Part shown: positions 18,755 through 27,307 of the stretch, piece by piece
How the letters are laid out: each line of letters begins with the position of its first letter
Numbering within the stretch: the stretch's first letter is position 1
IMG/VR virus record: IMGVR_UViG_3300043775_000410
Span: 1-64,000 of that record
Strand: one strand, 5' to 3'
From: a virus
Taxonomy: Duplodnaviria; Caudoviricetes
DNA length: 64,000 nucleotides
Notes under the pieces: model-generated
The model's database searches: none
The model's input: the letters and a program-made list of their open reading frames with translations, nothing else
What the model was told of the DNA's origin: nothing
Made by a program: the position numbers and the translations under genes

Positions 18755-19231
18755 ATGTGGAATAAAATTAAAAATGTATTAACAAATATAGCACAGCCCG
18801 AAACAGGCAAAGTTGCTCCTATAACCGAAGGCAAGAAGCGCACACAGGTTAAAACACCTAAGGTTGCTAGTACAGATCCGGCAGCTGTTAAACCTAAAAA
18901 GCCACGTGCTAGTAAAAAGAAAGTAGTAGAAGACCCTGATAAGAAACTTGCTACTAAAAATGGTGAACCTTGGGTAAAGATATTAAGTATGGATTTAGAT
19001 CCCGATGATCCAGGTAATGGTGCATTTGAATTAGATTGGAATGATAAATTTGTAGCCAACTTAATACGTGCAGGCTATCAAGGTCGAACAGATGCTGATA
19101 TTGTAGACAATTGGTTCAAAGCAATATGTCGCAATGTAATCACAGAATCATATGAACAAGATCAAGCCGATCCATCAAAACGTAATGAACGTAGACGTGA
19201 TCTAGGTAATGGTAGAACGGAAGTAAGTTGA
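18755..19231 (+). CDS. Hypothetical protein
   Basis: Lys/Pro-rich N-terminus and globular C-terminus (GAFELDWNDKF); likely ATG 18755. Confidence 0.7.
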   Translation: MWNKIKNVLTNIAQPETGKVAPITEGKKRTQVKTPKVASTDPAAVKPKKPRASKKKVVEDPDKKLATKNGEPWVKILSMDLDPDDPGNGAFELDWNDKFVANLIRAGYQGRTDADIVDNWFKAICRNVITESYEQDQADPSKRNERRRDLGNGRTEVS

Positions 19232-19956
19232 TAGTATATGTAAACGGCGATAGCCACAGTGCAGGTGCAGAAGCAGCAAATGCATTCTGTTTTTTATCCG
19301 ACGATCCGGCTATGGCCTGGGATCATTATGATCGCACACAGACTGCGGCTGGCAGGGTTCCTCACCCCGATAATGTCAAAGTTAGTTATGGGCAAAGAAT
19401 AGCAGATTATTACAATTCTACACTGGACTGCAATGCAGAAAGTGGCAGTAGTAACCAACGTATCCTACGAACTACCTATGATTATTTAAATAACAACACC
19501 CCTGAGTTAGTAATAATTGGATGGGCTACTTGGGAAAGAGAAGAATTTTTTATCGATGGCTACTGGCACCAATTTAGTGCAAACATGAATACTGACGATT
19601 TATCCGACGATGCAGTGAAATTCTATAAAAATTGGGTATTAGATAGACACAGCGTACAGCAGTACTGCGATAAAGCTCAGAAAGCTATATGGGATTTACA
19701 TCAACTGTTGATGAGTAAACATATACCACATTTATTCTTTAATACCTTTAGTGGCCTAACTACTTCTACTTTATTAGATTGGGATAATTGTTATTACCGA
19801 CCATATGAACATTCTGGTTCATTTTTTAATTTATTAAAAGCTCGAGGTTATAACACAGTTACTCCGACTAGCTACCATTACGGCGCAGATGCACACCAAG
19901 AATGGGCCAATTTTCTCTTGACAAAACTACCGAATGAAAGTATAATAACTAAATGA
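19228..19956 (+). CDS. SGNH/GDSL-like hydrolase or acyltransferase
   Basis: NGDSHSAG, SGSSNQRI and C-terminal YHYGADAH. Confidence 0.65.
   Translation: MIVYVNGDSHSAGAEAANAFCFLSDDPAMAWDHYDRTQTAAGRVPHPDNVKVSYGQRIADYYNSTLDCNAESGSSNQRILRTTYDYLNNNTPELVIIGWATWEREEFFIDGYWHQFSANMNTDDLSDDAVKFYKNWVLDRHSVQQYCDKAQKAIWDLHQLLMSKHIPHLFFNTFSGLTTSTLLDWDNCYYRPYEHSGSFFNLLKARGYNTVTPTSYHYGADAHQEWANFLLTKLPNESIITK
19918..19946 (+). promoter_or_regulatory. Consensus sigma70 promoter within the upstream CDS (probably giving a leaderless rnh mRNA)
   Basis: TTGACA-17 nt-TATAAT with 6 nt between the -10 box and ATG 19953. Confidence 0.7.
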
Positions 19957-20972
19957 GATATCTATTAGTAGACGCTGCAAATACATTTTTCCGTGCCCGA
20001 CACAGTGCCCATCGTCAAAGTGACACATGGGATAAGTTAGGCTTTGCTATCCACGTTACTTTAGCGTCAGTGAATAAAGCGTGGCGAGATCAACGAGCAG
20101 ATCATGTAGTATTCTGTTTTGAAGGCCGTAGTTGGCGCAAGGACTTTTATACTCCATATAAAGCTAATCGTGCAGTAGCACGTGCGGCTAAGACTGAATT
20201 GGAGCAAGAAGAAGAACAAATGTTCTGGGATGCCTTTGACACACTTAAAGTGTTTATTACTGAAAGAACTAATTGCACTGTTCTACGCCATGAGAACTTA
20301 GAAGCAGATGATCTTATTGCCGGTTGGATACAAACACACCCAACTGATCATCACACTATTGTATCAAGCGACACAGACTTCTATCAACTGTTAAGTAATA
20401 ATGTTAATCAATATAACGGTATTGCAGATGAATTACACACGCTTACTGGTATTTACGATAAGAAAGGTAAACTTGTTATAGACAAGAAAACTAAAGAGCC
20501 TAAGAAGATTCCGGATCCCAAGTTCATCTTGTTTGAAAAGTGTATGCGTGGTGATCCTACAGATAATATCTTTAGTGCTTATCCAGGTGTGCGCACTAAA
20601 GGCACTAAGAACAAAGTTGGCTTAGAAGAAGCCTACAGCGACAAAGACAAGCAGGGGTATGCTTGGAATAACCTAATGCTACAACGCTGGACTGATCATA
20701 ACGGTGATGAACATCGTGTGTTAGATGACTATAATCGTAATGTTACTTTAGTAGACCTAGCGGCACAGCCTAAAGAGTATAAACTTATGATAGAAGAAAC
20801 TATCAAAGCTAATGCAACTGCACTTAATCGTCCTATGGTAGGTGCGCAGTTCTTAAAGTTCTGCGGCAAGTATGACCTAGTTAAACTAAGCGACAATGCC
20901 AGCAACATGGCAGAATGGATGTGTGCTAGTTATCCTGCGCAAGCAGTAACATTGTATCATTTAATTAATTAG
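19953..20972 (+). CDS. rnh: T4 RNase H-like 5'-3' exonuclease/flap endonuclease
   Basis: LLVDAAN, YKANR, EADDLI, SSDTDF and GDPTDNI. Confidence 0.9.
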   Translation: MRYLLVDAANTFFRARHSAHRQSDTWDKLGFAIHVTLASVNKAWRDQRADHVVFCFEGRSWRKDFYTPYKANRAVARAAKTELEQEEEQMFWDAFDTLKVFITERTNCTVLRHENLEADDLIAGWIQTHPTDHHTIVSSDTDFYQLLSNNVNQYNGIADELHTLTGIYDKKGKLVIDKKTKEPKKIPDPKFILFEKCMRGDPTDNIFSAYPGVRTKGTKNKVGLEEAYSDKDKQGYAWNNLMLQRWTDHNGDEHRVLDDYNRNVTLVDLAAQPKEYKLMIEETIKANATALNRPMVGAQFLKFCGKYDLVKLSDNASNMAEWMCASYPAQAVTLYHLIN

Positions 20973-20982
20973 AAAGTAAATT

Positions 20983-21567
20983 TTGATAGATAAATCACAG
21001 AAGTTTTTAGCGTTAGACTTAGAATTAAACCAACCCAGTGGTAAGATCATTCAGGTTGGTATTGCCATTGGCAGTGCCAATGATAAGTTTGAAAATTACA
21101 TAACTAAGAAATGGTATATCGATCCAAACGAGCCGATTGATCAATTTATTATCGATTTGACTGGTATTACTGATCACGATATTAGATTAAACTGTGTAAG
21201 TCATGCTACAGTTGCACGTGAACTCAGTGACTTAATCAAACAACATAACACTTGGATCAACCCAATCACTTGGGGTGGCGGTGACAGTAGAGAACTGTTA
21301 GATGAGTTCTGTAAAAACTATGCAGACTTTCCACACTTCGGTCGTCGTTGGATTGATTGTAAAACGTTCTATACGTTTATGATGTTTGCACGTGGCAAGA
21401 ATCCTAGTGGCGGGCTTGCTAGTGCTATGGGCACGTTTAAACTACAGTTCAAAGGCACAGCGCACAGAGCAGACATTGATGCAGTTAATACTCTCGCACT
21501 ATTCTTTAAGTTCTTAGAGCGACAACGTGGGCTTGAAAACTTATTACATGATGCAAAAAGTATTTGA
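20983..21567 (+). CDS. DEDDh 3'-5' exonuclease
   Basis: ALDLEL, LTGI, WGGGD, WIDCK and HRADIDA. Confidence 0.85.
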   Translation: MIDKSQKFLALDLELNQPSGKIIQVGIAIGSANDKFENYITKKWYIDPNEPIDQFIIDLTGITDHDIRLNCVSHATVARELSDLIKQHNTWINPITWGGGDSRELLDEFCKNYADFPHFGRRWIDCKTFYTFMMFARGKNPSGGLASAMGTFKLQFKGTAHRADIDAVNTLALFFKFLERQRGLENLLHDAKSI

Positions 21568-21592
21568 CTTTTTGGCTAATCAATGGTATAAT
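21564..21592 (+). promoter_or_regulatory. Sigma70-like promoter
   Basis: TTGACT-17 nt-TATAAT; the TGA of the -35 box is the stop codon of the exonuclease gene. Confidence 0.65.
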
Positions 21593-21664
21593 ATATTATG
21601 AAGAAAGGACAGAGGAAACAAAACAAAAAATGAGGATTAGTCAATTAAAAAGGTGGGAAAGAAA

Positions 21665-22522
21665 ATGATAAAAAGTTCAATGTTTTTAGGTGATACTACT
21701 AATGTAGATCACGCATATATTAATAACTTAGGTGATATAGTCGGCGGGTCATACCGACCAAAGTTTACCGTAACTGGTAAAGTAGATCCTGTAGAAAAGG
21801 TAGTAGTTGATTTTTCTACCGTTAAAAAGTCTCTTAAAGCAGCAATTGATGATACCGAAGATGGATTCGATCATAAGCTATGGTGGATTGAAGGAGAATC
21901 TCTAGGAAATATTACATTTACCGGTGCCACTGTATCGATTGTGACTCCAAAAGTTAAAATTTACGGACCAAAGAATATTGTTAAAGTAGTTACCAGTTCA
22001 ACTAGTTTCAATGACTATTGTTTATCGGCGCTACAGAAAAAGCATCCAACTGTTGATATTGAGTTAGAAACCGTTCTAACTACTAATTTTGATATAATGC
22101 CACAACTGAACTCTATGCCACACATGTTTAGATATGTACATGGATTAAAAGAATCTACATCGTGGGGGTGTCAAAATATTGGTCACGGACATTTAAGTTA
22201 TATCGCAGCCAATACTACAAACACGTTAGCAACTGATTTATTATTAGCAGAAATTGCTCGAGACTTAGATGGCGTAATCTTTGCGTGGGCAGATAACATG
22301 CCTACTGAAAATTTAATCGAATATCATTGTGGGCGCGGTCCGATGAGTATGGAATTTGTAGGAGATGTAAAACTAGTCAAACTTACTACAGAAACTACTG
22401 TCGAATTCTTAGTAGATTATGTTATAGATAGATACGAACATCAACTAAAACAAGCAGGGGTTACTATCCTGTTCGTTTCAGAGGGATTAAGTAAAGGCGC
22501 CTGCAGAGGTATAAATGTCTAA
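21665..22522 (+). CDS. queD: Two-domain QueD-like 6-carboxytetrahydropterin synthase
   Basis: VVDFSTVKK, FDHKLW, HGLK...CQNIGHGH (CxxxxHGH) and TTETTVE; likely ATG 21665. Confidence 0.65.
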   Translation: MIKSSMFLGDTTNVDHAYINNLGDIVGGSYRPKFTVTGKVDPVEKVVVDFSTVKKSLKAAIDDTEDGFDHKLWWIEGESLGNITFTGATVSIVTPKVKIYGPKNIVKVVTSSTSFNDYCLSALQKKHPTVDIELETVLTTNFDIMPQLNSMPHMFRYVHGLKESTSWGCQNIGHGHLSYIAANTTNTLATDLLLAEIARDLDGVIFAWADNMPTENLIEYHCGRGPMSMEFVGDVKLVKLTTETTVEFLVDYVIDRYEHQLKQAGVTILFVSEGLSKGACRGINV

Positions 22523-22595
22523 ACTAAACGTAACAGTAGACCGCATTGACTGGTGGGAAACTCCTAAGTCACGCAGTACTTTTATTAGAGGCTAA
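22515..22595 (+). CDS. Possible 26-aa micro-ORF or gene remnant
   Basis: GAGG RBS; MSKLNVTVDRIDWWETPKSRSTFIRG* fills the gap between genes. Confidence 0.35.
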   Translation: MSKLNVTVDRIDWWETPKSRSTFIRG

Positions 22596-22597
22596 TT

Positions 22598-22963
22598 ATG
22601 ACTACTACTGTCTTTATCTTACTAGCATTATTTGGCATTAAGCACTTTATCGCTGACTTCCTAATGCAATATGACTACATGCTCAGAGAGAAAGGTATAT
22701 ATGGTGCAGAAGGTGGATTGCATCACGCGGCAGTACATGCGGCACTTACTTTATTCATTCTTGTGTTCTTTGCGCACAGTGCTAATGCTATTATTCTTCT
22801 TGCTCTAGCAGATGGAGTTATTCATTATCACATTGATTGGGCTAAACAACAACTAAATCGAGGCTTAACCACAGCAGATCACATGTTTTGGGTTTGGATG
22901 GGTGCCGATCAAGGCCTGCATTACTTAACATATATAGGAATTATCTATGTCGGAACAGTATAA
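22598..22963 (+). CDS. DUF3307-like membrane protein
   Basis: KHFIADFLMQ, HAAVH, HYHIDWAK and ADQGLH in hydrophobic helices. Confidence 0.8.
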   Translation: MTTTVFILLALFGIKHFIADFLMQYDYMLREKGIYGAEGGLHHAAVHAALTLFILVFFAHSANAIILLALADGVIHYHIDWAKQQLNRGLTTADHMFWVWMGADQGLHYLTYIGIIYVGTV

Positions 22964-23513
22964 ACGTTTCTGTGAATTTGAAAAAACCTGCGCCAGCGCG
23001 GCTAATTGTGATGGACCAACTCTTACATTGTTAGCACGAACTATTGTAAAAAACAAGTGTTGGGTTGTTGAAAGTGATGGTACTAAAGTAGCTACTATAC
23101 TTGCTAACGATGGTAATAGTGGTGTTACCTTAGTACACGACGGACAAAGAGAACGGTTTGGTAGTTTAAAACTCCTAAGCGACCGTTACAATATTGTCAT
23201 TGACAAAACTAAGGTAGCCAAGTTAGTTAAAGAATCACATGAGGTATATGGATATCCCTGTGAAAATAAACCACAGAATGCTTTATGGGACGTACAACAT
23301 AAGTTGCCAGTGTTTACTAAAGGTAGCAAAAGTAAGAGTTTCTTCTGTGCCGGTTATTATATTATACAATTTAATAACGGGTGGGTTAAGAGTTACTGTC
23401 CTAAGTTAATTACACTTAATAGATATCCATATCAAGGCCCATTTAACACACAAGAAGAAATGCAAATACAGTTAAGATTAGCAAATGGGGGTCACGATGG
23501 AGAATCAACTTAG
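22947..23513 (+). CDS. Hypothetical protein
   Basis: 188-aa ORF in the operon; FTKGSKSKSFFCAGYY...CPKLITL. Confidence 0.75.
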   Translation: MSEQYKRFCEFEKTCASAANCDGPTLTLLARTIVKNKCWVVESDGTKVATILANDGNSGVTLVHDGQRERFGSLKLLSDRYNIVIDKTKVAKLVKESHEVYGYPCENKPQNALWDVQHKLPVFTKGSKSKSFFCAGYYIIQFNNGWVKSYCPKLITLNRYPYQGPFNTQEEMQIQLRLANGGHDGEST

Positions 23514-23718
23514 TCTACACTTAAAGGCGTTTAATAATCGCGTTAAAGTAATGAATCAAACTAACAGCAAAGATCTAACATTATCTGCTGCAGATGTTAG
23601 AAATCTACATAACGATATATTCGAACTACTAGCGCAGATTGCGGCCCTAACTGCAATTAAAGAAGCCGAAGAAGCAGAAGCTGTACTTAAAGTTGAAATG
23701 GATGGTGGCGGATTCTAG
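23497..23718 (+). CDS. Hypothetical protein
   Basis: Helical, ends MDGGGF; likely ATG 23497. Confidence 0.7.
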   Translation: MENQLSLHLKAFNNRVKVMNQTNSKDLTLSAADVRNLHNDIFELLAQIAALTAIKEAEEAEAVLKVEMDGGGF

Positions 23719-23768
23719 CAATTATATATGTAGTTAATTGGCATAAATAAACATAGTAAGGATACTTT

Positions 23769-24056
23769 ATGTCAAGACCAAAGCCAACAGTACTGTTAGA
23801 GCACGTCAACAAAACAAATTACAAGAGTGATCAGATTCTGGATTCAGAAGGCATCTGGGCAGTTTTCTTTGATAACCAACCAATCAATCTAAAAACACAA
23901 AATATACTTGTAGCCTACCCTGGTCCAAAGTATAAGAAAGTAAGTTTTAGTAATCCTGGTCACGCAATTAATCTCGCTAAAAAACTCAATGTGCTGTTTA
24001 AGTCAGACAAGTTTTCAGTTGTGCTACTTAAAGCAGGCGATACCATCTACCCATAA
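23769..24056 (+). CDS. Hypothetical protein
   Basis: MSRPKPTVLL...GPKYKKVSFSNPGHA; AAGGA RBS; ATAAATA upstream. Confidence 0.75.
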   Translation: MSRPKPTVLLEHVNKTNYKSDQILDSEGIWAVFFDNQPINLKTQNILVAYPGPKYKKVSFSNPGHAINLAKKLNVLFKSDKFSVVLLKAGDTIYP

Positions 24057-24058
24057 TC

Positions 24059-24403
24059 ATGTCACGTGCCGAATCTTTGCAGTCAATTTGGCAAACAAAG
24101 TTCTACGAGTTAACTCCGTACTCAGTAAGTCCTAGTAGTTGGTGGTATAACCCAACTAATCATAACAGTTTGCGTTTGGTCCAAAAGGCCTATTTAGAAG
24201 TGCGTAAACACATTAAATTCTACAAGTTTGAACTAAGTCACGATATACGTCCTAAAACGTTTGTACAGCTAGAGCGTTGGTTTAAGGAGCCTTATTACGT
24301 GCAGAATCGCAAGACTATACACATTGTCAGTGATCGTGACGCAATGATGCTAAGTCTACACGCAAACAATCTACAACAATATTTAGATAACCAATCACTT
24401 TGA
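24059..24403 (+). CDS. Hypothetical protein
   Basis: 114-aa ORF directly following the previous gene. Confidence 0.7.
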   Translation: MSRAESLQSIWQTKFYELTPYSVSPSSWWYNPTNHNSLRLVQKAYLEVRKHIKFYKFELSHDIRPKTFVQLERWFKEPYYVQNRKTIHIVSDRDAMMLSLHANNLQQYLDNQSL

Positions 24404-24432
24404 TTGACTTTTAGCTATATTTGTGTTATACT
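24404..24432 (+). promoter_or_regulatory. Sigma70-like promoter
   Basis: TTGACT-17 nt-TATACT. Confidence 0.65.
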
Positions 24433-24466
24433 TGCTGTGTAATAAATAAAATTTAAGGAGTAACAC

Positions 24467-24754
24467 ATGAAGAAGCTATTACTAGCAACACTGTTATTAT
24501 CACTTAGCACTACTGCAGCCGCAGATGGCTATTACAACCGACACTATCGGGGCAACGGTAATGACGTATTACTTCCATTAATTGTTGGCGGCACCTTGGG
24601 TTATATTATTGCACAACCGCGTACCATAGTACAACCACAGTATGTACCGCTACCAAGTTATGTTCCAGCTAACAACGAACCAATCTACCAATATCAGAAC
24701 ATTTATGATGGTAATTGTGCTTGTTATCATCGAGTTTTAGTTCAAATCAACTAA
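24467..24754 (+). CDS. Small exported Pro/Tyr-rich protein
   Basis: Signal peptide MKKLLLATLLLSLSTTAAA, internal hydrophobic GG segment; TAAGGAG RBS. Confidence 0.8.
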   Translation: MKKLLLATLLLSLSTTAAADGYYNRHYRGNGNDVLLPLIVGGTLGYIIAQPRTIVQPQYVPLPSYVPANNEPIYQYQNIYDGNCACYHRVLVQIN

Positions 24755-24766
24755 GAAAGGACCTAT

Positions 24767-24841
24767 ATGCGGTATCTTATTGCAATGGCAGTAGTAGTTG
24801 CAGTTCTCAGTGGTTGTGCAAAATTTAATACGTGTTTTTAA
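24767..24841 (+). CDS. Very small lipoprotein (possibly frameshifted)
   Basis: AAGGA RBS; MRYLIAMAVVVAVLSGCAKFNTCF* with lipobox LSGC; below the ORF-track size cut-off. Confidence 0.6.
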   Translation: MRYLIAMAVVVAVLSGCAKFNTCF

Positions 24842-24881
24842 CTGTCGACACGCCTCCTCATATAATAATTCAAATTAACGA

Positions 24882-24910
24882 TTGACTTTTACCTATTAAG
24901 AGTGTATAAT
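24882..24910 (+). promoter_or_regulatory. Sigma70-like promoter of the HD hydrolase
   Basis: TTGACT-17 nt-TATAAT followed by AGGAG RBS. Confidence 0.7.
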
Positions 24911-24928
24911 GGCACTTAGGAGTCAACC

Positions 24929-25459
24929 ATGTCATCATTAGTAAGCAGAGCAAGGGCATTTGCTGCACATGCGCATCGCGCAATCGATCATAAAAGAAAA
25001 TACACAGGTGAAGACTACATTGTTCACCCTGCCGAAGTTGCGGCTATTGTTGCCACTGTTCCTCACACAGACGAAATGCTCGCGGCCGCTTGGTTGCATG
25101 ACACAGTAGAAGATACTGGTGTTACTATCGAAACGATCCGTGCAGAGTTTGGCCCAATTGTGGCAATGTACGTAGCAGACTTGACCGATGTTAGTGCCGC
25201 TGCCGACGGCAACAGAGCAGTGCGCAAGGCAATTGATTTAGCACATACTGCCAAGGCCTGTGCCGATGCTAAAACAATTAAACTTGCCGACTTGCTATCA
25301 AACACTGCTAGTATTGTTGAGCATGATCCAGGCTTTGCCCGTGTGTACCTTAAAGAAAAATCAGCTATGCTTGCTGTGATGACAGATGGTGATGCAACAT
25401 TGTTGGCCCGTGCTAAAGCCACACTATCAGCAGGACTTGCTAGATTAGATGGCAAATAA
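24929..25459 (+). CDS. HD-domain hydrolase of RelA/SpoT small alarmone hydrolase (Mesh1-like) type
   Basis: AAHAH...RKYTGEDYIVHP, AWLHDTVEDT and IKLADLLSN. Confidence 0.88.
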   Translation: MSSLVSRARAFAAHAHRAIDHKRKYTGEDYIVHPAEVAAIVATVPHTDEMLAAAWLHDTVEDTGVTIETIRAEFGPIVAMYVADLTDVSAAADGNRAVRKAIDLAHTAKACADAKTIKLADLLSNTASIVEHDPGFARVYLKEKSAMLAVMTDGDATLLARAKATLSAGLARLDGK

Positions 25460-25462
25460 CGG

Positions 25463-25491
25463 TTGACATTTTGGTAAAATGACTGTATAAT
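25463..25491 (+). promoter_or_regulatory. Consensus sigma70 early promoter
   Basis: TTGACA-17 nt-TATAAT. Confidence 0.8.
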
Positions 25492-25524
25492 GTTACACAT
25501 ACACTAACAACACAGGAGCAATAA

Positions 25525-25935
25525 ATGGCTTATATTAGCGCACAAGATGTTAAGGCAATACGTGATGAACTTAAAGCAACTTTTCCTAAATTCAAGTTTG
25601 GTGTACGTAAAGGTTATGCGGGTAGTTCAGTTGACGTAACTATTAAACAAGGCCCAGTTGACTTTGCTGAAGTGTTTGACGATGGTCATTTGCCTACTAA
25701 ACGTAAATATGTTCAAATCAACGAATACCATTTAGACTTCTACGGCAAGTACGAAGCGTTCTTTGAACAAGTATTAGAAATTATCAAGTGTGCTCCGGCT
25801 CGTGCTGGTGGTCGTGCTTGGTTTGATAAAAGTGATTCGCAAATAGATTATTTCCATATTGCCTATTACATTCATTTAAACGTAGGTGAGTGGGATGAGC
25901 CATATACCTGCACAAAAGAAAAGGAGTTTGCATAA
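25525..25935 (+). CDS. Hypothetical early protein (LPD29-like N-terminus)
   Basis: AIRDELKATFPKFKFGVR...SVDVTI and SDSQIDYF; AGGAG RBS. Confidence 0.6.
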   Translation: MAYISAQDVKAIRDELKATFPKFKFGVRKGYAGSSVDVTIKQGPVDFAEVFDDGHLPTKRKYVQINEYHLDFYGKYEAFFEQVLEIIKCAPARAGGRAWFDKSDSQIDYFHIAYYIHLNVGEWDEPYTCTKEKEFA

Positions 25936-26099
25936 TGAGTAAAAATTTACAACGTATTTTAATTTCAATAATGTTAATCATCGGTTATGTAACATTAGGA
26001 TTACTTGGTGAGAATGGTTCGATGCTACATGAACTATTGGGTAACTTTGCTGTCGGTTGGGTAGTTTGGGAAATTGCCACAGGTATTGTTGGTGATTAA
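25935..26099 (+). CDS. 54-aa membrane protein with two hydrophobic segments
   Basis: AAGGAG RBS, TAATG overlap; MSKNLQRILISIMLIIGYVTLGLL...FAVGWVVWEIATGIVGD*; not in the ORF track. Confidence 0.65.
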   Translation: MSKNLQRILISIMLIIGYVTLGLLGENGSMLHELLGNFAVGWVVWEIATGIVGD

Positions 26100-26106
26100 T
26101 CAGCAC

Positions 26107-26135
26107 TTGACAAAACAAGAATTTGGTAGTATAAT
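26107..26135 (+). promoter_or_regulatory. Consensus sigma70 early promoter of the AAA ATPase
   Basis: TTGACA-17 nt-TATAAT. Confidence 0.8.
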
Positions 26136-26173
26136 CTGTTTTGTTACATTTAATAATTAATTAGGAGCTACAC

Positions 26174-27271
26174 ATGGCGGCAATGACTGAAAATAGAACT
26201 GTTACAGCAACAGAAGCAAAGGCGGCAATTTTACGTTGCTTTACAAAACAACGCCCATTATTTTTATGGGGTCCTCCAGGTATTGGTAAAAGTGAATTAG
26301 TAGAAGGTATTACTAAAGACATGGGCGGGTTGATGATTGACTTGCGCTTGGCACAGATGGATCCGACAGACATACGTGGTATTCCTTACTTTAACAAAGA
26401 CTTGGGCGTGATGGATTGGGCTCCGCCAATTGATTTGCCCACAGAAGAAATGGCTGCACAATATCCGATTGTGGTGTTGTTTTTAGATGAGATGAACAGT
26501 GCAGCGCCAAGTGTGCAGGCAGTTGCTTATCAACTTGTATTGAACAGACGTGTGGGCAAGTATAAACTACCTGATAACGTTGTGTTGGTAGCGGCAGGTA
26601 ACAGGGACGGTGACAAAGGTGTTAGCTACAGAATGCCAAGTCCACTTGCTAACAGGTTTGTGCATTTGGAAATGCGTGTAGACTTTGATAGCTGGTTACA
26701 ATGGGCTACTGAAAATCGCATTAACAAAGACGTTATTGGTTACATTAGTTTTGCTAAACAAGATTTGTATGACTTTGATCCAAAAAGTTCAAGTCGTAGT
26801 TTTGCAACACCTCGTAGCTGGACGTTTGTTAGTGAGTTGTTAGACGACGGCATGGCAGACGGCACTACTACAGATATTGTAGCAGGTACTATTGGTGAAG
26901 GTACTGCTGTTAAGTTTATGGCACATAGAAAAATTTCTGCTAAAATGCCTAACCCAACAGACATTTTAAACGGTAAGGTTACAGAACTTGCTGTTAAAGA
27001 AATTAGTGCTATGTACAGTTTGACAATGAGTATGTGTTACGAATTGAAAGATGCGTACACTAAGATTGGCAAGGAAGACAATGCTAAATGGCATACTATG
27101 GCAGATTACTTCTTTAAGTTTATGATGGAAAACTTTACAACAGAAGTTACTGTTATGGGCGCACGTGTAGCGTTAACAACTTTTAACTTGCCGTTTGTGC
27201 CTAACAAGTTGAAAAACTTTGATGAGTTCCACAAACGCTTTGGCAAGTACGTAGTAGCGGCAGTAGCATAA
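26174..27271 (+). CDS. MoxR-like AAA+ ATPase
   Basis: Walker A GPPGIGKS, Walker B LFLDEMN, AAGN, LANRF and TPRSW. Confidence 0.92.
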   Translation: MAAMTENRTVTATEAKAAILRCFTKQRPLFLWGPPGIGKSELVEGITKDMGGLMIDLRLAQMDPTDIRGIPYFNKDLGVMDWAPPIDLPTEEMAAQYPIVVLFLDEMNSAAPSVQAVAYQLVLNRRVGKYKLPDNVVLVAAGNRDGDKGVSYRMPSPLANRFVHLEMRVDFDSWLQWATENRINKDVIGYISFAKQDLYDFDPKSSSRSFATPRSWTFVSELLDDGMADGTTTDIVAGTIGEGTAVKFMAHRKISAKMPNPTDILNGKVTELAVKEISAMYSLTMSMCYELKDAYTKIGKEDNAKWHTMADYFFKFMMENFTTEVTVMGARVALTTFNLPFVPNKLKNFDEFHKRFGKYVVAAVA

Positions 27272-27277
27272 TAGAGG

Positions 27278-27300
27278 AAAAGCCCCGCAAGGGGCTTTTT
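27278..27300 (+). terminator. Rho-independent terminator (potentially bidirectional)
   Basis: AAAAGCCCC-GCAA-GGGGCTTTTT with a GNRA loop, right after the AAA stop codon. Confidence 0.9.
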
Positions 27301-27307
27301 ATATTCG

